Positions 46,957-60,845 are shown, numbered from the stretch's first letter. The stretch is DNA of 64,000 nt from Sarea resinae (GCA_026026165.1 JAPEUD010000027.1:62001-126000), one strand, 5' to 3'. Numbers and translations are program-made. The notes: a model not told the origin generated them from the sequence alone.

Positions 46957-49900
46957 ATGGCGGCGTCGCGCGGGAGTCAATCGATGAGAAATCAGTGGGA
47001 ATCAAGAGAGGATTACAGATCTCGAAGTAGTGTTGCCTCGCAGGGCTCGGAGAGCCGCCGTGCGCGCTCACTAAGAACCGAACGAGGCTCTGTGAGGGAG
47101 GTTCGAGCTACCGAGAGGGATCTCGACGACGAAGCAATCACATCTGCTCGTCGACGGCCACCGTCGCCGGAGAGACGTAAAACACGACACCACCACAGGT
47201 CTGATCAGATTTCCTCGTCCGCATCCCCCCAACGAGCTCCCTGGCGCGCAGAGCAGAGCTCGAAGCGATCTCGGGATTCGGGTCATCAAAGAGAGCCTGA
47301 GAGGCGAAGGCATCATCACCACTCTTCATCTTCCACCAAACGTCCCCGAAGCCGAAGCCGAAGCCGTAGTCCTTCACCATCCCGCAGCCACCACAAGAGG
47401 ATCCGCCATAGGAATAGCCTGACCCCCGATCGCTCCGAAGGCTCGGCAACCTATAAATCTCGCATGCGTGGTAGACACCACAATCTTCCAACTAGGAATT
47501 CCCCTGATCGCAGCAGGCGCTCCACATATCGAGAATTTCGAGAGGAAAATCCAGCAAACGTTCCTAGAGACTTCGAGACCTACTCAACTAGTTCGTACAA
47601 GAGGCGTTCCAGATCACCAATCTCAAGGCGAGGTGCTCCATCAACCACATCCCATCGACGCTCTAGATCTCCAGGGCATCGTACACATCGAGAAGATCGT
47701 GACGTTTCGCCATATCGACCACCCTCTCGGCAACATCCCGTGCGTCGACGTACACCTCCACCGCTGGAGGATATCGAACTAGACAGACGAGGTCCAGATA
47801 AAGGTCGCTCGACATTTGCCAAAGTTGGTGGTCCTCGATCCCCAGGGCTAGGCCTACGATCGCCGTCCCCGCAGTCACGCTCGACTGCTGGTGATTGGGA
47901 TCTTCATTACAAACGAACACCCCCTTATCATAGACGAGTCTACCCGGAATCTGAGAACTCACGCGGGCCTTCCGTGTCCCCACGATCCCACTCTCGGCGC
48001 GGTCGACGCAGTCCTTCACCTTCTTCGTCTGTCCTCGATCCACCTTACCAACGACGAGCAAAGATGCGGACCTCATCGCCGAAGCCCATCCAATCTATCG
48101 CCTCCAGCCGCGAGGATGAACCTCCCTCTCCGCCTCGGCCCATACCGAGCTTTAGTGATATGGACGATACACTAGCAGGCGATGCACGCATTAGAGAAAC
48201 CTTTCCCATGCACGGAATGAAGGCCACCAACCTCCAGCAGACATCTCGACCTCCTAGACCTCACATTGACAGCCGATCATCATACTCGTCGTCGCCACAG
48301 TATATACCTCCAAATTCATCACATCACATTTCTCCACAATCCGGAACACCACCATATGGCAACGGTAGAGGAGGATGGGGAGCTTCACCGCCTTATCATG
48401 GCCAGCATGGGTAATTTCCTTTCTATAGCTTTTGTGCTTGCTGTCACTGATACCGTGAAAGGCCACCTATGCATGGCTATCCTCCAAATCAGCCTCCATA
48501 CCGTCAAAATAGTTACCCTCCTTCAAACGGCCCACAAGGCCAATTTTATCCACCAAATCAGTATGGAGCGCCACACAATCAAATGCAACCTGGGTATCAA
48601 GGTCCACCATTTAGAGGTGGCCATACTGGCTATCGTGGCAGTCATTTTAGCACCTCGCAAGATCGACGGTTTTCTGGTTCCGGGCCAGCACCTCAAAGTT
48701 TTCCGGCGCAACCGGCTTCAAGGGGACGGGGCGGACATTTTAGCAATCTTTCATGGACGGCTCCAGGAAGAGGCGGGGGAGGCGGTGGAGGTGGTGGCCG
48801 AGGGCAAGGAGAGCAAGCACCGCAAGGCACGATGCATCAGCAATCCCAATCACGCTCTCCTCCGCCGCGGCCTCACCAGGGCTACGAACAATCAAGGAGC
48901 GATGTGGAGGCCGAAGATAATCCCTTTCGTCCTTCTAAGGACCTGCGAGTTGAAGATCAGCGCATGGAGGATGAAATACCTCGGACTGAGACTCCTCCAG
49001 ATACAAGGAATATGCCTCCTCCTTCCCGTTCATCAGATACACAACCACAGCCCAAGGAGGGACCCAAGTTCAGTTTCGCGTTCAAGTCAAAAGCAACTGC
49101 TCCAGCGCCAATATCTCCTAAAGCAGATCTCTCGCAGAAATTGCGGGAACCCCCTCTGCGCGGCCGAGATACTATCAATCGTGATGGCTCTAAAATTCAG
49201 CCTCCGTCTCGCAAGTCTAGATTTGATCAAGTATATGATCGCCGGTCTGAATCGAAGCCCGATTTTCGGGAATCGAGGCCAGACTATCGCGACTCCAAGT
49301 TCGACTATCGCGACCCGAAGCCAGAATACCGTGACTCAAAGCCAGACTATAGGGACCCGAGGGAAGACTATCGTGGTTCGAAGCCAAACTATCGCGACTC
49401 TAAGCCAGAATACCGTTCGGAGCGTCGACAAGAATCTCGACCGGTGTATCGAGTCGAGCCTAGAGCCCCGCTACCTCTTGAGAAGAGAATCGAGAAACGA
49501 ATAATAAAGAGGATAAAGCCCAGGCCTGTCATTTCTACTGACTTCGCTGCTTCGGACTCAGTATACTATCGAAAACCGGGAAACGAATCTGTCGTTGGGT
49601 CTGGTACTTATGGTAAAGTCTTCAAGGCTATTCATGTTTACACTAAAAACAAGGTGGCGCTGAAGAAAATCCGAATGGAAGGCGAACGAGATGGCTTTCC
49701 GGTCACAGCTATTCGCGAAATCAAGCTCCTTCAATCCTTGAAGCACGAAAATGTTGTTAGCCTTCAAGAAGTGATGGTAGAGAAAAATGACTGTTTCATG
49801 GTTTTCGAATACCTATCGCACGATCTCACTGGTCTTCTCAACCATCCGACTTTCAAGTTGGAGCATTCACATAAGAAGCACTTAGCTAAGCAACTATTCG

Positions 49901-50872
49901 AAGGGCTTGACTATCTTCATCGAAGGGGAGTGCTCCACCGCGACATCAAAGCTGCAAATATCCTCGTCAGCAGCAAAGGTCAACTCAAGCTCGCCGATTT
50001 TGGTCTCGCCCGATTTTTCGCAAAGCACAGGCAATTAGACTATACAAATCGCGTCATTACCATCTGGTATCGATCACCTGAGCTCCTTCTCGGCGAAACC
50101 CAATATGGCCCCGCCGTTGACATCTGGAGCGCCGCTTGCGTGCTCATTGAGATCTTTACCAAACACGCCATATTCCCCGGCGACGGGGGCGAGATCAACC
50201 AGCTTGATAAAATCTACAACATCCTTGGCACGCCCACTACGAACGAATGGCCTGCATTAGTCGAGATGCCTTGGTTCGAGCTATTGAGGCCAACGGAGCG
50301 AAAAGCAAATGTTTTTGCCGAAAAGTATCAGGAGAGGCTGACTCCCGCTGCGTTTGAGCTATTGTCTGCTATGTTTCTTTATGACCCTGCCAAACGCCCT
50401 TCCGCATCCGATGTCCTGGAGCATCCTTACTTTACCACTGAGGAGCCTTTGCCTAAGGCTGCGACTGAGTAAGTCTTCCCCTGTCATCTAGATGACGCAG
50501 ACCTTTCCCCTCCATTCATCAATAGAAGGAGCAAAAAACTAAATGAGAGCACGAGACTGACATGAGAAAAAATATAGACTTGAATCTCTCGAAGGCGACT
50601 GGCATGAATTCGAATCCAAAGCCCTCCGCAAGGAGAACGAACGGCGTGATAAGGAAGCTCGGCGTGCTGAATATCGTGAGCATCATAAAGAGAAAGAAAA
50701 GGATCGCGAGAGCCAACGCGAGAAAGAGAAAGAAACTCAAAGAGAGAAGCGCAGGGGTGCTCCTCCTGGGAACGAGAAGGTCGAAAGAGAAACCAAGAGG
50801 CTGAAAGGCGCTTCGTCTTCCTCGCTTGGAAAAGATAGAACAGGGGAACCGGATGTTGAGATGGAGATATGA
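46957..50872 (+). CDS. CTK1: RNA Pol II CTD kinase (CTK1/Lsk1/CDK12-like) with RS-rich N-terminus; 3 exons
   Basis: Kinase motifs 'VGSGTYGKVFK', 'DGFPVTAIREIKLL', 'HRDIKAAN', 'DFGLAR', 'DYTNRVITIWYR'. Introns at ~48411-48461 and 50469-50577. Last exon 'LEGDWHEFESK' to TGA at 50872. Confidence 0.93.
49249..49419 (+). repeat. 21-bp coding tandem repeat, about 8 copies (heptad D/E-Y-R-D-S-K-P)
   Basis: Translation DFRESRP DYRDSKF DYRDPKP EYRDSKP DYRDPRE DYRGSKP NYRDSKP EYRSERR. Confidence 0.9.
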
Positions 50873-51597
50873 AATCAGTTTGGATTGGCTGCTGATCATG
50901 TCGTTTGACTTGATCGGGCATGTGGGTGATCAGGGCTTCGCTTTACTCTTCCCCTCGGATTTTCGGCGTTGCATGGCAGCAGGCCGTATGGTATGGTATG
51001 GTATGGTATTATTTGCATGCATTTGGTAGCGTCGGGGTAGTTCCCCTTGGACTAGTTTTGTATCATGGTCAGAGAGATAGATAGCGGTAGAAAGATATAC
51101 TCTAAATCTACCGATACATTGCCGTCATTTAGGGAGGTTGCCACCTCACTTTGCTCTGCAGTGCTTGGAAGTTGGGGGTCCCAACCTCGTACATCAGAAA
51201 CCAGCCATGGCACCAGCTGGAATAGTGGAGTCTAGGGCGATGAAAAGGTCTATATCGGGGGTTTGGGGAAACAATTGGAGGTATGAAAACTGGAGGACGT
51301 TCATCCTTATCGATAAGGGATACAATTTCCCCCGCCGTTCTCGGCTCGAGAAGAACAAGCACTCTACATAGTAAGGCTTTCGGATTATTCCGATCGCAAC
51401 ATCATCATTGTGCATCTCCACTTGCTTATATATCAATCGCATCCAAGGCGCGCCCAATTTCCTCAACGGTCGTCGTCAATCTCCATCATCTGTAGCATTA
51501 CTGTTAGCTTCTGACCGTTGCATATATCATTATCTCAGTCTTTTCTCAAGTGTCGTTTCAGGTTCGATATAATCATCTTGCCTCTACAGCAGCAGGC

Positions 51598-53040
51598 ATG
51601 CCACCCCAGCCTGCCCTTCCTGAGCCCGTTCAAGCCGACCCCGATTCAATGCTACGCCGCAAATTTGGCAAGGAAGTAGCCAACTACTATGCCGGCATGT
51701 CAAGAACCATTCCGCTGTTCTCTCCTTTCCGTCCTAACCGCCTCTATTAATTCAGGCTCACCGCTCAATCGCGTCGCGTTTTTGCGTGCCGATCACCCCT
51801 TCCTCTCAGCCGCAGTCCAACATCCCTCGACGTCATTCCTCCTAGTCAAAAATCTCGCGCCCCTGAGCAAAGACCCAACAAAGCTCGCCTATGCCTCTTA
51901 CAAAGACGTGAAGCCCCTTATCGGCGAAGACCCTTTCTCCAAGTCCGAGGAGGAACTAATTCGTGAATTCAACTCATCGGCTACGATCCCACAGCTTTTA
52001 TTCCTGGGCCTCGACGAACGCGATCCGCATAGTTTCGCGTGGAATGACTACAAGGGCGCCCCCTTTTTCGCGCTTGATGTCACGCCGAAGGGCAGCACAG
52101 AAGCGCAGGCCAAGGGCGTCATCGCAGAGATGGAAGCGCGGGGGATGAGCTTCCTCGAAGGTCGCACGCACATGTATCTGAACGCGCATGAAGGTAAGCC
52201 AACCAAGCAATTTTCCCTCCAGCTTTCTTTCCTATTCCCTCCCCCGACATTCTATTCGTGCCCATGTCCCACCCCAGAATCTTTCAAATTAACACTCCCA
52301 CTTGGCGAAACCCAGCCGCCATATACGCCCAAGCCCGCGCAATCCTAGACTGGAATTTCCGCAACCCGTTTTGCGCACAATGCGGCCAACCCACGCTCTC
52401 CATCCATGCTGGCATGAAACGAATATGCCCGCCAACTGATCTCGCCTCCCTCTCCAGCCCAATAACAGGCAGCACGACAGCCACCCAGCCGACCCCTACG
52501 CGCGGAAGCTGCGCCACACGAAAAGGCGTGTCGAACCTCTCATTCCCTCGCACGGACCCAACTATTATCGTAGCAGTCGTATCGCATGACTCGCAACGCC
52601 TTCTCCTAGGCCGCTCCAAACGCTTTCCACCCCTCTTCTACTCCACGCTGGCCGGCTTCGTCGAACCCGCCGAGAGCGTTGAGGAGGCCGTCCGCCGCGA
52701 AGTCTGGGAAGAGTCCGGCGTATCCCTAGGCCGCGTCGTGATCCACTCGACGCAGCCGTGGCCGTATCCCGCGAATCTTATGATCGGCGCCATTGCGCAG
52801 TCCGTGCCAGGTGGGGAGGAGATCCATCTCAAACACGATCCCGAGCTTGAGGACGCGAAGTGGGTTTCCGTGGATGAGGTCCGGGAAGCGCTTCGGATTG
52901 GCACGTCCGGGTTGGGCGAGGAGCCCAAGAAAGAGTGGAAGGAGGGTGGCTTGCGCTTTCCGCCCGAGACCGCTATTGCGAATCAGCTAATGACTGCTGT
53001 TGTTGAGGGCGGGTTCATGGATCTGACGCCGAAGATCTAG
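51598..53040 (+). CDS. NPY1: NADH pyrophosphatase (NudC/NUDT12-like Nudix hydrolase); 3 exons
   Basis: 'GSPLNR..FLR', 'FCAQCG', 'FPRTDP', Nudix box 'AGFVEPAESVEEAVRREVWEESG', 'TQPWPYPANLM'. Introns 51695-51755 (GC-AG) and 52194-52315. Confidence 0.94.
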
Positions 53041-53593
53041 CGGGCGGGACGAGCGTTTGTGGCTCTGTTTCTCGGTAGGGCCAAGGTAGGGCCAGATTGG
53101 CTTTGATCTCTTCTGTCTCACTCTATACATGTGTCAGCGATGACCTGTTGGGGCTGAATGTAGTAATCAAGTAACTCAGGTTCGATGGGAGTGAGTAGGA
53201 AAGATATATCATATAGAGATAGAGTGATGACATATAAGTCCACACTAGATGGAACGTTTATATATGCAATTCTTCACGATACCAAGAGTGGCACACCTTA
53301 TTGACCGCAAGATCCTTTGACCTGATGTGGCTTGTTCGCCTGCTTTGTTTGAGAAGAAAATGGCGAACCACGGATACAAATACAGCCACGATTCACAAAC
53401 TTTGGGAGATTCCAAAAATAAACTTGGAATATGAAACGTGACGGATGGACAGGTAGAGAGACAACGCCATGATGCAACACCCAACAGACAAAACCCATAA
53501 TATGAATGCCCCCAACCCAGCAAACCGTCACCCCATCAATGACCGACCGATCGACGGGATTACCATTCCATACAGTCGGGCACTCTCGGTCGC

Positions 53594-55441
53594 TCACTCC
53601 TCGTCGTCGACTCTCGCTCTCTTAGCCCCTCTGCCTCCTTCATCTTGGATGCCGTAGCGTTTACTCCCTGCCCCTCCCCCTCCACCGCCGCCACCACTAC
53701 CACCAGCCGTAGCTTCCGAGATCATGGCGTCGATATTGAACGGATCCGCGGCCGGAGCTCCAGGGCCCGTGATATCCTTCTCGAATTGCACGGGGCCATC
53801 CCTAGCCTCGACCTCGCTGGCACCCTTGAACCCCTGTCCAGCTCTCCCGAGCACCTCAAATCGGCTACTTTTCCCGATCCGGTCCATCTCCGCGGCGCCA
53901 CCATCGCCGCCGTCATCCTCGTCGTCCATGCCAGCACCCGCCCGCGGTCTATAGATCGAACTGATGGCATCCTGAGCGGCAAAGAGTGGTTTATCATAAG
54001 CCTGGTCCTCATTGAATCCTGTATCGAACCCAGACGTTTGGTTGAAGAGACGTGAATCCCACATGCTCTCGGAGCTGGCAGTGGGCTTGGCGAGCCCCAA
54101 GGCCACTTTTTCGGAGATATCGCGGTTTTGTTCGCGCGCGAGCACGGCGAGGCGCCGTTCGTTGCCCATGCGGGATTGGCGGAGTTGTCGCTCGGCTTCA
54201 CGACGGCGTTCGCGGCGGAGTTCTTCGCGTTCGCGGGCAGCGTCTTCGTCCGAGGCAGGAGAGGCGGATCGGGAGGACACTGGCGATGCACTACTATGGC
54301 GGCTCCCTGGGGACTTAGAGGGGCGGCGACGAAAGCCGGTGGCGGCGGAACGCTCTTCACGGGCTTTCTGGGCCAGTTGCCGGAGGTGTTCTTCCTTTTG
54401 TGCTTTTTCTTTCTCGGCGACCTTTTGTTGCATGAGAGCGCGTTGTTTGACTTCTTCGCGGGCGTGGCGGTCGGCTGTGAAGAGGGCTTCCGCGAATTGG
54501 GCGAATTTGTCATTGATAGTGACATCCTGGAGGCCGCGCCCGTCCGCTGCGAGACGTTTGTCTAGCGGTACCGTGTAGCCCTTTGGATTTTTCCAGTTGG
54601 AAATGGTGGGTGGAATCTTCCAGGCTTCTTGGTCTTCTGCGGTGAGCTTTCGCGGCGGAGAATGCATGACTGGAGGAGGTGGCGATGGAGGACCTCGAGG
54701 GATCTTCTTGTGCTTGAATTTTGGCGGTTCCATGGGGTCTTGCTGTCTTTCCACGATTTTCATAATGCGGTCGTTCTTTTTCGTATTATCGCCCATTTGG
54801 TTCGCAGGTGTGTAGCGCACGTATGTCGGATCCCTCCTGCTGACACCCTTTACGTTTTTCGGTTTTTGTGCGGCCACAGCGCCGGAGACCAGAGCTTCGA
54901 GTGCCTTCTTGGTCTTTTCCGTCTGTGCTGCCACTTCTTCCTCGGACGGTCTTTCCAAGGAGATCTCGCCCACATCTGCACGTTGTCGTAGAGGGATCAG
55001 GTCCTTGAAGGAGGCGTGTACGATCCGCTTGTCATTGTGGCCTTGTCGAGCGATCGCGTCGTACTTGACCTTCCCCTCAGCATCGACCTGTACTGCGAGG
55101 GCATTCGAAGAGGAGGTCGACTTGCGGCCCATGTCGAGCGGGTATTGTGCCACCGGTATCTCCGGGAAAGCTCCTCCATCACCGTAATCGTCCGCAGCGC
55201 GAGGGCGCCATCCTGCGCGTTTCCCGTAGGGCGGAGGACCAGTCCTCTGCTATGGAATTAGTGCAACCTTTCTCCACATTGCGGGTAACATTACCTTCAG
55301 GACCACTTGCGTCTCGTCGAGAGCACCGGCACCCAGTACTCGAGGGCCTTTCTGCCGGGTATGTGCGGGCAGTTCTTCATCCTCGCCGGTGTATTTTGGC
55401 TGCGGTAATGCTTTCGAGAGAGACGTCGCCACCGAAGCCAT
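53594..55441 (-). CDS. PRP45: Pre-mRNA splicing factor Prp45/SKIP/SNW1
   Basis: 'DPMEPPKFKHKKIPRGPPSPPPPVMHSPPRK', 'SNWKNPKGYTVPLDKRLAADGR', 'RDISEKVALG'. First exon MASVATSL.., one intron at ~55236-55294. Confidence 0.97.
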
Positions 55442-56013
55442 CTTGAGGCAGACTCAGCCAATGCAATCAAGTGCTGAGAGGAGTGGCATAGACGGGCGAC
55501 GCAGTGATGTCGAAGAGAAGATCAAGATCAAGATGAGGATGAAGATGAAGATGTATCTTCGCAATGCTGTGATGGACGTCGTCGCGTGCAGTTGCCATCC
55601 ATGATCACTGCTTCGGCTGGTCCTTCCGTCACCGCCTCGAGCAGCGGATTAGGTAATATCTGACACATCCCCCACGGTATCATGGAGCAGAAGGGTACGT
55701 ACCTGCCCGAGAGGGCCGAGAGGGCCGAGGCACGGCCGTGATCGCCTTCTCCCCAGACAGAGCAGTCGGGACTGCGCAGGACCTACTCCGGAGTACTCGA
55801 GTAGGGCTATCGATAGGGGAGAAGGGTGTGAGGAGGGGAGAGCAAATACATCATACATAGTAATTGGAATACCTGATCTTATACGACCTCTCCGTGCATC
55901 CACATCCACATCCACATCCGCATCCCCTCCCCGCTATTTACTCACTGCTCCAGCCGCGCGCCTCCAGAGACCAGCCATAGCTCCTCTTCATCGGGACAGA
56001 CGCTCACTCTGTC

Positions 56014-57261
56014 ATGGCTGCTCAATCCAAACAGGCCCTGCTGCCTCCCTGGGGCTATGCAATAGCTGGAGCAACAGGCGCGGTACTGGCAAATGCAGCC
56101 GTCTACCCTCTGGACATGTGAGTGTTTGATTGCTTTGGCCATCCTCCCCGATTGTGCCTTCTGTACACCCTTCTCGATTGAGACTTGGTATCCCTCGACA
56201 TCCTTAGATATCGCAACTAATTCTCCTCCGTATAGCGTCAAAACCCGTCTTCAAGTCCAAATCAAGGAAAAGCCCTCCCCTGAATCCTCCTCCTCCACCA
56301 CCCCCTCCCCAACACCGAGTACTCACTACGACGGCGTTCTCGACGCAATTCGCAAAATCACCGACGCCGAAGGCATCAGCGGTCTCTACAACGGCCTAAA
56401 TGGCGCCCTTCTCGGTGTTGCCTCCACGAATTTCGCCTACTTCTACTGGTACTCCGTCGTACGCACGCTCTATCTCACGACCTCAAAGACCACCACGCCC
56501 CCTAGCACCGCCATCGAACTCTCCCTCGGCGCCATTGCAGGCGCCGTCGCCCAGGTCTTTACCATCCCTGTGTCTGTCGTGACGACGCGGCAGCAGACGC
56601 AGAGCGGGAGCGAGAAAAAGGGTCTCCTGGACACTGGACGCGAAGTCATCGACAGCGAGGACGGATGGTCAGGCCTATGGCGCGGCCTGAAGGCTAGCTT
56701 GGTGCTGGTCGTCAATCCCGCGATTACGTATGGTGCCTACCAAAGATTGAGGGATGTTCTATACCCCGGAAAGACCAGCCTGAAGCCCCGAGAAGCGTTC
56801 GGTGAGTCCCACCTCCCTCGCCCTCCATTCCCTCCTTCGCTGCCCTTTCCCTTCGTTCACACATATCTATTTACCATTTGTCTAACACGTCATTACCAGT
56901 CCTCGGCGCCCTCTCCAAAGCCCTGGCAACAATCGCAACCCAACCCCTGATCGTGGCCAAAGTGGGTCTCCAGTCCCGGCCGCCTCCCGCCAGAAACGGC
57001 AAGCCCTTTAAATCGTTCATCGAAGTGATGGCCTTCATCCTGGAGCGCGAAGGTGTGCGGGGTCTCTTCAAAGGCATTGGCCCGCAGATCTCAAAGGGGC
57101 TGCTTGTGCAGGGAGTACTGATGATGACAAAGGAGCGCATGGAATTGTTGTTTGTCATCCTGTTTGCTTACCTACGGAGACTCAGGGATGAGCGCTTGAA
57201 GAAGCTCGCCGAGAGGATGGCGCAAAGTGCTAAGGGTGCATTGCCTGTTGTTGTAAAGTGA
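56014..57261 (+). CDS. ANT1: Peroxisomal adenine nucleotide transporter (mitochondrial carrier family); 3 exons
   Basis: 'AIAGATGAVLANAAVYPLDI|VKTRLQVQ', 'STNFAYFYWY', 'ELSLGAIAGAVAQVFTIPVSVVTTRQQT', 'SLVLVVNPAITYG', 'TQPLIVAKV.LQ'. Confidence 0.9.
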
Positions 57262-57786
57262 GCTGTGCCTTTGGTACGGCTCCCAAGTGATGGTGGCTTG
57301 ATACGACATAGGCTTTTGATGTTGGCATTTATCCGGCTTTCTACTGTTGATTCTTGGGCGCGTACATGTTGTTGATAGCATTTTTCTTACCACGGGATGA
57401 CCTACCTATATATACATATGTTCTATAACGAATTCAAAGAGTCAGATTTCGCTTCATTCCACTTGACATCCATAGCCTCCTATGCCGGACAGAAAACAGG
57501 GACCGGAATAAAGCTCTTGAATCTGCATCAATAGTCTAGTATAATATACCTTCCTAAAGAACAGGTCTATGAAGTTGTTGCGTTGCTCCTACTGCTGCGT
57601 TGGCATCGAACCCCAAACATGACTAACACAAACACCAGACTCGCCCTCCTTTTGATGAACCTTTCTGAAGAAGAACAAGGAAGAGAAACAAAAATAAAAG
57701 AAAAGCTAAGTAGACATGGTCGAGGTCATTTCGACCGCCTCCAGATGACCTGCCGAAAGTGGTGAACCAAAGATCTCAACCTTAGA

Positions 57787-60700
57787 CTACTCGAGTCCAA
57801 TCCAGCCGTCTTCTCCTTCTTCACCATCCCCTTCAACTGGAGCAGACATGCCATCATGCGTACTGTTGTCATCTCCGTTCGCCCCACCAACGAGATCTAG
57901 AGCCAGCTTGTTGATAGGGGCGTTGGATTGCGAATTCGATATGTATTTGGCTTTCGACGTCGCAGCAGGCTGCTCGAGGAGGTAGTCAAGGGCGTATATA
58001 TTCGACTCGGTGCTGTCATCAAGTGCATTAGTCTTCGAAGACAAGAAAAAAAATTTCTGCAAAGGCAGGCTTTCGAAGAACGAAAGAAAAGCTAAAAGGG
58101 AGGGGTGCAAACTAACAGCCTGATCAACTCGCCTCGAATGCGAGCCACGGCTTTCGCCACCGTCCTCAGCTCTGCCGCCAACGTTCCCGCAGCTTCTTTC
58201 ATCTCCGCTCCGCGCCCGCTCAATACGGATTCCAGCCAAAGGAGGTTGAACTCGAGATGTGGGCTCTCGTCTGTGACGTGCGCGACGAAGCGCACCAGGC
58301 GGGCTAGATAGACACTCGGTAAGCCGCGCACTACAAAGGGAATATCCTTGACGGGCACGGCCTCGTAGACGCGGCGGAGGAGGGCGCGCTCGTTGAGGCG
58401 GAAGGCCATGATGAGTGCTTTGAGGGGGTCATGATCGGTCTGAAGAGCGTGCAGGGTGTTGGCGGGCGTAATGTCGATGTCGAGATCGATGGGGTCAAAG
58501 GCCGTGGCCGAGGAGTCGAGAGAGTAGATGAGGAGCCCTTCTGTTGACGCGGCGCAGAATGCGCGACCGGTGGGCGAGAATGCGACGGACGGGACACGCA
58601 CTTCGGGTCTGGTGCGTCGGAGGGAGGGATCGCCTCTCGTGGCACCGGGGAGGGAGCGATCAAGGCGGTCCTCGAGGTCCGAGGCATCACCTTGGGTGTC
58701 GATGAGGCCTGCGGGGCCAGCTTCAGTGAGAAGCTTGCTGTTGAGAAATTCTTGTGTGCCGTCGAGGGAGAGGTTGACTGAGATGGTGTATTTTTTGAGG
58801 AGGGAGCCCGAAACGACGTCATAGAGACAGATATACTTGCTGTTGCCGCCCGCAAGGACGCATGTGCCGTCTGCACTGTACGTGACGGTGTTGAGAGCTT
58901 TGGTTCCTGCGGCATTGGCGGCTGTGCGGCGATCTGTGAGCTTGCGGCCGCCGGAGACGTCACGGCGCGCGTCGAGGCCAGATTGCTGGGAGGCATCTTC
59001 AACGGACCAGAAGGTGAGTTGGCCGTCGAGGGTGGAGACGGCGATTTGCGCCGAGTCAGGGCGGGAAGCGACGCAGAGAACGTCGGCTTGGAGCTGGAGA
59101 GGTTCGGAGGTCTGTGTGCGCCCGAAAATGCTCCAGACGCGGACGGTGTGGTCCCACGAGCCGGAGATGAGGGAGCCGCCATTAGGGGCGAATGAGAGCG
59201 ATGATACAGGACCTTCGTGGCCGGTCAGTTGGTCGAGGAGCTGGCCTGTTTGGACCGACCAGATGTGGATATCAAAAGAGTCGAGCGATCCGGCGCAGAC
59301 GACTTCGCCGCTCGGGTCGACTGCTATGGAGGAAAAGGAGAGGCGGGTTGGGGCGGTGAAGGTGCGAAAATTGCGGTAGCGTATGAGGTCCCAAGCTCTT
59401 ATTGAACCGTCCAAGCTCGCGGTGAACAAAACGTTTCCTCGTTTTGAAAATTCGCAAGCTGTGACTCCGCTCGTATGCTCGGTGAAAGTGACAATACAAA
59501 ATCCAGAGGCTACATCCCAGACTTTTATCTTACCATCGTCTGCCGTTGTGATGATCTTTTGCCCATCCGGGGAGTACACGATAGAATTCATTGAATCGAA
59601 GTGGCCTTGTTGTTTCAGGATATAAGACTCCGACTGCCATTCCCAAACCAAAAGCTGACCCAATTTGGATGCGCCAAAAGCGAGCCATTCGCCCGTTTTG
59701 TTGATCGTGACAAAATCAATGTCATTTTGAGAGATACTGCTCTGATCAGCCATTGGAAAGATACATGATCGTCAGAAGGAGATATACCTGAGGTTATGTA
59801 TCATATTGAAGTCGGGCAGCTCGTAGAGACCAAAGATCCCGTTGGAGAAGCCAACTACCAACAAGTTCGAATCTGGATGAAAGGCCGCGCAATTCAGTTT
59901 AGCGTTCTGCATGAAATAGTTCCTTTGTGCTATTCTCCATTGCAAGTTGGCGTCCTCGTTGTCCATGTCCTCGTCCTCATCGGGGGCGCCAGACTTGCGC
60001 ATGTACTTCCAATGGAATAGAGCCCCGTCATTACTGACTGTGTAGATCTGCGATTGCATTAGAGGTAGACATTTTATCATGGTTCATCTGCTTACCGTCT
60101 CTTGATCTTTTGAGAACCAAGCCGCTTGCACTCCCGCTCTATGACCAGCCAATGCGGTCGGCACGAAGCCCTCCTCCGGATCTAGACTCCATATTCTGGC
60201 TGTCAAGTCTTTAGATGCGCTCAGGAAGAACCGCGAGTCACTTGACCATTGTATACTCTGCACAGTATCATAGTGTCCAGCGTACTCCCTATGCCGAACG
60301 AACGGCGCAAAATCGAGCTCTCCTTCGGTGTTCGAGTCCGGGGTTGATGGTGTATGCCACACTTCGATTTTCCGTCCTAGCCCGACAGCGAAATGGCGAC
60401 CTGATGGAGAGAATTCTAAGGTAGAGACGGGGGACTTGAGCGAGAAGTGATGGAGCGCAATTCTGCGAGGGAAGTTTGTTAAGATAGCCTTGCCATCCTC
60501 GTCAATCGAGAGGAGAAGATTGCCCCGCGGCGTTAGAGCTATGTGGGCGATGTTTCGACGATGGGCGAATGGGAGGGTATATGATTTATTGCTTGAACAG
60601 GCCGGTTAGCACATCTAGGCCCCATATTGCAGCTCTTCATATGCGTCCTTACTTGACCAGGTCGAAGACAGACACTCTATTGCCCACAGGTGATAGCAGG

Positions 60701-60845
60701 CAAGTTCCGTCTGGTGTAAAGAGCAAATTGCCCTTGCAGTAGACAGTCCCTAACAGGTTGGAGAACTGGGAAAAGGTCAGCGCATAGTCAAGAGAAATCG
60801 AGGGATTAGGGAAAGGGCAGAGCATACTCTGAAGTCGGTCTTCAT
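57787..60845 (-). CDS. PWP2: Periodic tryptophan protein 2 (Utp1), WD40 subunit of the SSU processome (multi-exon)
   Basis: 'MKTDFR|FSNLLGTVYCKGNLLF', 'KLGQLLVWEWQSESYILKQQGH', 'GFCIVTFTEH', 'RAWDLIRYRNFRTF', Utp12-like C-terminal region. Confidence 0.96.

Noticed and set aside
53645..59625. Long overlapping alternative-frame and antisense ORFs over PRP45, ANT1 and PWP2
   Set aside because: Expected by-products of GC-rich codon usage, with no recognisable motifs.
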